Source: an uncultured Candidatus Peregrinibacteria bacterium (lineage in GTDB: Bacteria; Patescibacteriota; Gracilibacteria; UBA1369; UBA12473). From it: DNA of 30,929 nucleotides. The position numbers and the translations under genes were made by a program. Shown here piece by piece: positions 26,181-30,929 of this stretch. The first letter of the stretch is position 1. The number at the start of each line of letters is the position of its first letter. The notes under the pieces are model-generated. The model was not told where the DNA came from and ran no database searches. It saw only the letters and a list, made by a program, of their open reading frames with translations. The stretch spans positions 1-30,929 of the forward strand of contig CAXCBS010000001.1 in the NCBI GenBank assembly GCA_963980845.1, written 5' to 3'.

Positions 26181-26755
26181 TACACGTTTTTAAGGAAGTA
26201 CTTGATGAGTTCTTCGGGATCAGAAACAGGGTCCTTTAAGCTACGGAAAACTCGATTAATGTCGCCTCGTTTGTAGCCAAGTCCCAGTAGGGCGTGAACA
26301 GCTTCTTCGGGCATTTCCTTGGGTAGTCCTGCTTTTTCGATAGCAAGATTTTTGGCAAGAGGTGCGATTTTTTCTTTGAGTTCGAGAATAATTCTTTCAG
26401 CAGTTTTTTTGCCAATTCCTGGAATTTGTTTGAGGGCATAAACGTTTTCAGATAGAATCGCGGCTTGAATTTCTTCAAGTGGGGAGCTAAGCATTTCTAG
26501 TGCTAATTTTGGTCCAACTCCGTTTACTGAGATAAGAGTTTCAAATAAGTGAAGTTCTTCTTCTTTTTCAAATCCATACAAACTCAAATCATCCTCACGG
26601 ACAACAGTGTGAATATGAAGTTTTAAAGGTAAGTGAAGGTCGGCTTTTTCAGAGATGCGAGCTGGGACTGAAACGCGGTAGCCAACTCCTTGGACATCGA
26701 TTATTAGAGATTTTTCGCGCTTAGAGATACATTTGCCAGAAAGATGAGCGATCAT
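26180..26755 (-). CDS. ruvA: Holliday junction branch migration protein RuvA
   Basis: DVQGVGY, VREDDLSLYGF, HhH motifs VNGVGPKLAL and IPGIGKKTAERIILELK, and ALLGLGY. Confidence 0.96.
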   Translation of the reverse strand: MIAHLSGKCISKREKSLIIDVQGVGYRVSVPARISEKADLHLPLKLHIHTVVREDDLSLYGFEKEEELHLFETLISVNGVGPKLALEMLSSPLEEIQAAILSENVYALKQIPGIGKKTAERIILELKEKIAPLAKNLAIEKAGLPKEMPEEAVHALLGLGYKRGDINRVFRSLKDPVSDPEELIKYFLKNV

Positions 26756-27867
26756 AGGAATTGAGAGATAAATGATTTGTGGAATGCGGCAAACGTACCG
26801 TTTTGTATGTGTTTACGCATTTCGCACATTAAGTCTAACAAAAAGTGAAGGTTGTGGATAGTGAGTAGTCGGAGGGCAGTGATTTCGCTTTCCATGTGTA
26901 AGTGTCGAATGTAGGAAATTGTGGTGGTTTGACAGGTTGAACATGAACAATTTTCTTGCAAAGGAGTGAGTTGTTGTTCAAATTTTTTGTTCTTAATATT
27001 ATGGCGGCCAGTTGGGGTCCAGAAAGCGCCGTGTCGCGCGAGACGAGTGGGGAGTACGCAGTCAAAGAGATCAATGCCGCGCGCCACTCCCTCTACTAAA
27101 TCTTCCGGACTTCCCACACCCATTAGGTAGCGTAATTTATTGTCTGGGAGGTGGGGATGTACTACCTCGAGCGTGCGGTACATATCCTCTTTGCTTTCAC
27201 CAACGCTTAGCCCTCCAATGGCAATTCCCGGGAGATTTAAATCAGCCATGAATTTGGCTGATTCCTCCCGTAAATCGTCATAAACAACTCCTTGAATAAT
27301 TGGGAAAAGCGCTTGTTTGGTTTCGCGGTTTACTTGTAGTTTTTCGTGTTCTTTTTTACAGCGAGCAGCCCAGGCATGAGTGCGTTCCATGGCGTCTTTG
27401 GCATAGCTGTGATTGGAATCGCCAGCTGCGCATTCATCAAAAGCCATAATTATATCGGCACCTAATTTTTCTTGAATTTGGATTGCTTTTTCAGGAGTGA
27501 AATAGTGTTTGTCGCCATTTAGATGTGAATGAAATTCAACTCCATTATCATCGATTTTTCGTTTATCGCTTAAGGAAAAAACTTGAAACCCACCAGAATC
27601 GGTTAGGAGTGGTTTGTCCCAGCCAATCCATTTGTGTAATCCACCGAATTTTTCGACCTGTTCAGCGCTAGGGCGCAAGGTGAGATGATAGGTGTTAGCT
27701 AGGATAATTTCAGCGCCTAAATCCTCAACATCGCGCATTTCAAGGGTTTTGACACCTCCTTTGGTTCCACAGGCCATAAAATTAGGAGTTTCAAAAGAGC
27801 CATGCGGAGTTGAGTAAGATCCAGCACGAGCCAGTCCATCAGATTTTTTTAGTGTAAATTCAAACAT
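26752..27867 (-). CDS. tgt: tRNA-guanine transglycosylase (queuine tRNA-ribosyltransferase), bacterial type
   Basis: TPNFM, LANTYHL, LTDSGGFQVFSL, FDEC, QG, GGLSVGE, YLMGVG, FDCVLPTR and CSCSTC...H zinc site. The true start is most likely ATG 27867; the ORF-track extension overlaps aroC. Confidence 0.95.
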   Translation of the reverse strand: MFEFTLKKSDGLARAGSYSTPHGSFETPNFMACGTKGGVKTLEMRDVEDLGAEIILANTYHLTLRPSAEQVEKFGGLHKWIGWDKPLLTDSGGFQVFSLSDKRKIDDNGVEFHSHLNGDKHYFTPEKAIQIQEKLGADIIMAFDECAAGDSNHSYAKDAMERTHAWAARCKKEHEKLQVNRETKQALFPIIQGVVYDDLREESAKFMADLNLPGIAIGGLSVGESKEDMYRTLEVVHPHLPDNKLRYLMGVGSPEDLVEGVARGIDLFDCVLPTRLARHGAFWTPTGRHNIKNKKFEQQLTPLQENCSCSTCQTTTISYIRHLHMESEITALRLLTIHNLHFLLDLMCEMRKHIQNGTFAAFHKSFISQFL

Positions 27868-27869
27868 TT

Positions 27870-28844
27870 TTAGTTTGTACGCGCGCACAAATTCCGTAAA
27901 TAATGGTCTGCAATTACGAGCCAAGCCATAGCCTCTACAACAGGTACAGCACGGGGGGCAAGGCAAGGGTCGTGGCGACCATCTATTTTAACTGAGGCGG
28001 TTGGTTTTAGGGCGACGCGTAGGGTTATTGGTTTTCCATTGGTGATTCCACCGTAAATGCCGGTTTCAATTTCATTATTTTCAGATCCTTTTAGGTTTGC
28101 AACATCAAATCCAGCTCCGTATTCAAATCCAAGAACAGCGTTAATTCCGAGCATGGCTTTGGCTAAATCGGCTTTGAATTTATCAAAAACAGGCTCGCCG
28201 AGTCCTACTGGACAGTTTTCGATTTGAGCCTCAATAGTGGCACCGAGTGAATCACCAGCTTCTTTGGCAGCTAGAATAGCTGTTTCCATTTGCTTGGCAG
28301 TTTCGAGGTTGGCGGCACGTACTGTGTTTTGCTCAATTACCGTCAGATCTGGGTCAGAGTAGGTAAGATCTCCAATTTGTTTGGTATAGGCTGTTATTTT
28401 AACTTTAGGGAGGATTTTCTTGGCAATGGCAGCGCTAGCAACCCGCATAGCGGTTTCGCGGGCCGAAGATCGTCCGCCGCCACGGTGATCGCGGTGTCCG
28501 TATTTTAGTTCGTAGGTTTCGTCAGCATGTCCTTTTCGAAATTCGTTTTTAATTTTTTCGTAATCTGCGGAATGTTGATCGCAATTATGAATTATGAGTG
28601 AAATAGGAGTGCCTGTGGTTTTACCTTCAAAAACTCCGGATAGGATTTCTACTTTATCAGCTTCATCGCGGCTTGTTGTTACGGCGCTTTGTCCCGGTCG
28701 ACGTCGATCTAAGTCTGGTTGAATGTCAAATTCAGATAGTTCTAGTCCGGCTGGGACACCATCAATAACCGCGCCGATAGCTTTCCCGTGGGATTCACCC
28801 CAGGTAGTAACGCGGAATATTTGTCCGAAAGTGTTTCCCGGCAT
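27870..28844 (-). CDS. aroC: Chorismate synthase (compact, 324 aa)
   Basis: TTWGESHG, RRRPG, GKTTGTPI, GHAD, GGGRSSARETA, GGITNG, KPTAS and GRHDPC signatures. Confidence 0.94.
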   Translation of the reverse strand: MPGNTFGQIFRVTTWGESHGKAIGAVIDGVPAGLELSEFDIQPDLDRRRPGQSAVTTSRDEADKVEILSGVFEGKTTGTPISLIIHNCDQHSADYEKIKNEFRKGHADETYELKYGHRDHRGGGRSSARETAMRVASAAIAKKILPKVKITAYTKQIGDLTYSDPDLTVIEQNTVRAANLETAKQMETAILAAKEAGDSLGATIEAQIENCPVGLGEPVFDKFKADLAKAMLGINAVLGFEYGAGFDVANLKGSENNEIETGIYGGITNGKPITLRVALKPTASVKIDGRHDPCLAPRAVPVVEAMAWLVIADHYLRNLCARTN

Positions 28845-28855
28845 AATAAGAAAAA

Positions 28856-29560
28856 TTAAGCTTCTTCTTTTTCTTCAGCTTCAGCTTCCTCGGCAGGAGC
28901 TTCAGCTTCCTCAGCAGGAGCTTCAGCTTCTTCAGCAGGAGCTTCAGCTTCCTCAGTAGGAGCTTCGGCAGTTTCTTCTGTCTCAGCTTCAGCTTCTTCA
29001 GTTGGTTCATCCTTGGCTTCGTCCTTAGCAGGAGCCTCTTCAGTTTCTTCTGTCTCAGCTTCAGCTTCTTCAGTTGGTTCATCCTTGGCTTCGTCCTCGG
29101 CAGGAGCCTCTTCAGCTTCCGCCTCAGATTTTTCTGGTTCACTATCTTCGGCTTCTTCTTCTGAAGCGCTCGCTTCGCTCTCGCTGGCGTTTAATCCACG
29201 ATAGCTTTCACGTTTTTTCTTAAGTTTTTCCTGTAGTTTTGCTTCTTCAGCGTCTTCTTTGTCACGCTCTTTTTGTAGTTCTTCATTGATTTTGTCTTCA
29301 ACAGAGTTTACAGATTTTTTCTTAGGTCCGCGAGCTTGAATTTCAGCTTGTTTAGCTTCGGCAGCCTTGCGTGCTGCTTCGAATTTCTCAATGCGTCCAG
29401 CAGTGTCTACAGTTTTCTTTTTACCAGTGTAAAAAGGGTGACATTTGGAACAGAGCTCAGTGGAATAAGATTCTTTAGTTGAGCCAACAGTGATGACGTT
29501 TCCACAAGTACAAGTGATAGTGGCGCCGTCGTGGTAAGTTGGATGAATTCCAGTTTTCAT
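28856..29560 (-). CDS. rpmE: 50S ribosomal protein L31 (zinc-binding type) with a ~160-aa charged and acidic C-terminal extension
   Basis: MKTGIHPTY...CTCG...[10 protein letters not shown]...GRIEKF in the first ~70 aa, continuing in frame into a K/E-rich then E/A-rich low-complexity tail. Confidence 0.92.
   Translation of the reverse strand: MKTGIHPTYHDGATITCTCGNVITVGSTKESYSTELCSKCHPFYTGKKKTVDTAGRIEKFEAARKAAEAKQAEIQARGPKKKSVNSVEDKINEELQKERDKEDAEEAKLQEKLKKKRESYRGLNASESEASASEEEAEDSEPEKSEAEAEEAPAEDEAKDEPTEEAEAETEETEEAPAKDEAKDEPTEEAEAETEETAEAPTEEAEAPAEEAEAPAEEAEAPAEEAEAEEKEEA
28880..28963. repeat. 4 x 21-bp near-perfect tandem repeat encoding (EEAEAPA)-like units
   Basis: TTCAGCTTCCTC(G/A)GCAGGAGC-like units start at 28880, 28901, 28922 and 28943. 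Confidence 0.9.
28969..29112. repeat. 2 x 72-bp tandem duplication encoding EEAPA(E/K)[18 protein letters not shown]
   Basis: Near-identical copies start at 28969 and 29041. Confidence 0.9.
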
Positions 29561-30900
29561 GATTTAGAACGTGATTTAGAAGATTTTTTAGTCGATTGCT
29601 TCTTATCAGAAGCGGAGGAAGTATATTTCATTAGAATCAGGATTGCAAGCGCAAATAACAGGATAAATCCGATTGTCAAACCAAGTACTCTGGCTAGTTT
29701 GTTTTGAGTAAGGTTTAAAACTAGTTCTCGAAACTCTCCGTTTTCATCGAAAACTTGCAAAACAGAGGGGAGCAACATATCTGATGAAATGGTAGTGCGA
29801 TACTCAGCTTCTTCGCCAAGTAAGCGCCCATCTTTGGTAAACCAACGGAAAATCATTTTACTAGAGTCACCGTCAGGGTCATAAGAATTAGCAGCACTTA
29901 AAACAATTATTTGATCGCCAGTATCAGGGTCAGTGGCTTGATATTCTTCATATTCAATAACTGGGCCATGATTTTCGGGATATTCATCTTGAGTGTCTAA
30001 TAAGTCATCGTTGTCATCATTGGGGTCAGCGTTGTTACCAACACCATCGGAGTCTGAGTCTACCCATTCGGTTTCATCTACTGGGAAAGAATCTTGTCCA
30101 TCATTATAGCCGTCACCGTCTGTGTCTGGGTTTTGGGGGTCAGTGGTGGTGGTGTTGGAGTTGGTGTTGGTGTCTCCAGTTTCTCCTTCTGTGGAAGATA
30201 AGAAAATTCCTTGTTCTTCGTCATCTGTTAAGCCGTCATTATCATCATCATTGTCAGCGTTGTTTCCTTGGCCGTCACCGTCTGTGTCAGTAGTTTCGGT
30301 AGGGTCTAGAGGCAAATCGTCTTCTTCGTCATTAGTGCCATCATTGTCATCATCATCGTCAGAGTTGTCACCAACGCCATCACCGTCAGTATCAGTGGTT
30401 TCAGTGTCATCAAGTGGGAAATCATCTTCTTCATCAGGGGTTCCATCATTGTCATCATCTGGGTCTTGGGAATTGCCAACACCGTCACCGTCATAGTCGT
30501 AATCAATAGTTTTAGTAAAAGAAGTGGAATTGTTGTCAGTGTTATCATTCGTGTCATCCCAGGGGTAAATTGTGACATTAACCTCATAAGTGCCAGCCGT
30601 AGGTGTCCAATCAACAAAAACTGTGTCAGTGTTTTCACTTAGAGCAGAAACTGCCTGATCAGTCCCAATTTGTTCTCCTGTGGTTAAATTCAAAAATCGA
30701 ACCGACCCTAATTGGTCACGATCGCTAGAATTATGGATCGTGGCGTAAATGCGCACGGTTTGATTATGGACAATGGAGGTGTCGGAAAGGGAAATCGTGC
30801 TTTCTGATAGCCAAAGATCGGAAGCTTGCACTAAGGGAGCCCCTATAACTAGGAGAGAGAGGGCAATGACCCAGATACATGCTCTTGAGGAAAGACGCAT
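29557..30900 (-). CDS. Membrane-anchored surface protein: signal peptide, CARDB-like domain, thrombospondin type 3-like Ca-binding repeats, PKD-like domain, C-terminal TM with basic tail
   Basis: Signal peptide ending in VQA. D(T/Y)DGDG...DDDNDG repeats. [11 protein letters not shown]...FRW (PKD-like). C-terminal hydrophobic helix followed by [15 protein letters not shown]. Confidence 0.82.
   Translation of the reverse strand: MRLSSRACIWVIALSLLVIGAPLVQASDLWLSESTISLSDTSIVHNQTVRIYATIHNSSDRDQLGSVRFLNLTTGEQIGTDQAVSALSENTDTVFVDWTPTAGTYEVNVTIYPWDDTNDNTDNNSTSFTKTIDYDYDGDGVGNSQDPDDDNDGTPDEEDDFPLDDTETTDTDGDGVGDNSDDDDDNDGTNDEEDDLPLDPTETTDTDGDGQGNNADNDDDNDGLTDDEEQGIFLSSTEGETGDTNTNSNTTTTDPQNPDTDGDGYNDGQDSFPVDETEWVDSDSDGVGNNADPNDDNDDLLDTQDEYPENHGPVIEYEEYQATDPDTGDQIIVLSAANSYDPDGDSSKMIFRWFTKDGRLLGEEAEYRTTISSDMLLPSVLQVFDENGEFRELVLNLTQNKLARVLGLTIGFILLFALAILILMKYTSSASDKKQSTKKSSKSRSKS
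29968..30504 (-). repeat. 35-aa-period TSP3-like Asp-rich repeats
   Basis: [35 protein letters not shown], then [35 protein letters not shown], then [20 protein letters not shown], plus later partial copies. Confidence 0.85.
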
Positions 30901-30929
30901 ATTAAGGGACGTTAAATTAATGAGGGTTG

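Noticed and set aside
21397-26755. ruvA and ruvC without ruvB as a sign of an incomplete resolvasome
   Set aside because: Scattered ruv genes are common in reduced genomes, and ruvB may be elsewhere; this cannot be judged from one window.
27868-27966. Cys-rich N-terminal extension of TGT (MPCPPCCTCC...) in the ORF track
   Set aside because: It overlaps the aroC 3' end in another frame. The conserved TGT sequence begins at ATG 27867, two bases after the aroC stop.
28880-29112. Tandem repeats as a possible CRISPR array
   Set aside because: There are no unique spacers, unit lengths are multiples of 3 within a CDS, and there are no cas genes.
28795-29142. 115-aa Lys/Leu/Arg-rich ORF resembling a cationic amphipathic peptide
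   Set aside because: It is an alternative frame of the L31 tail repeats and runs into aroC. There is no independent evidence of expression.
2087-30638. The many 60-185-aa ORFs nested in or antisense to long genes (e.g. 2087-2398, 12057-12614, 25609-26061, 30122-30496)
   Set aside because: They are shadows of well-supported genes and have no recognisable motifs.
1-30929. Genetic code 25 (UGA=Gly), as in Gracilibacteria/Absconditabacteria
   Set aside because: Full-length genes translate under code 11, and TGA ends tgt, pilD, gpmI and others at the expected C-termini.

Overview
This 30.9-kb window is gene-dense bacterial chromosome read with standard code 11 (TGA is used as a stop). Gene content, absent Shine-Dalgarno motifs, tight gene overlaps, SLH surface proteins and a 35-Cys protein of a CPR-type family suggest a Patescibacteria/CPR genome, Peregrinibacteria-like (inference). 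The left part has priA, two large acidic SLH-anchored surface proteins (a 5x CARDB protein and an HEXXH metalloprotease), the Cys-rich protein, tRNA-Arg(UCG) and secDF. The right part is a long minus-strand housekeeping run, listed in transcription order: surface protein, rpmE, aroC, tgt, ruvA, M24 peptidase, glmS, pyk, ruvC, TPR protein, pilD, gpmI, manC. A two-gene plus-strand insert separates manC from a cupin gene and secDF. Best leads: (1) a single-chain SecDF carrying a ~250-aa extracytoplasmic insertion with an intact parvulin PPIase and a second degenerate one, i.e. a translocon motor with a built-in foldase, near large acidic, Cys-paired exported proteins; (2) ribosomal protein L31 with a ~160-aa charged and acidic tail built from tandem repeats; (3) non-canonical expression signals, namely an AACC(C)TC motif where SD should be, leaderless extended -10 promoters and stop-on-stop convergent overlaps; (4) tRNA-Arg with a UCG anticodon. 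No integrase, transposase or CRISPR array was seen. All family calls come from motif recognition by eye; no searches were run.
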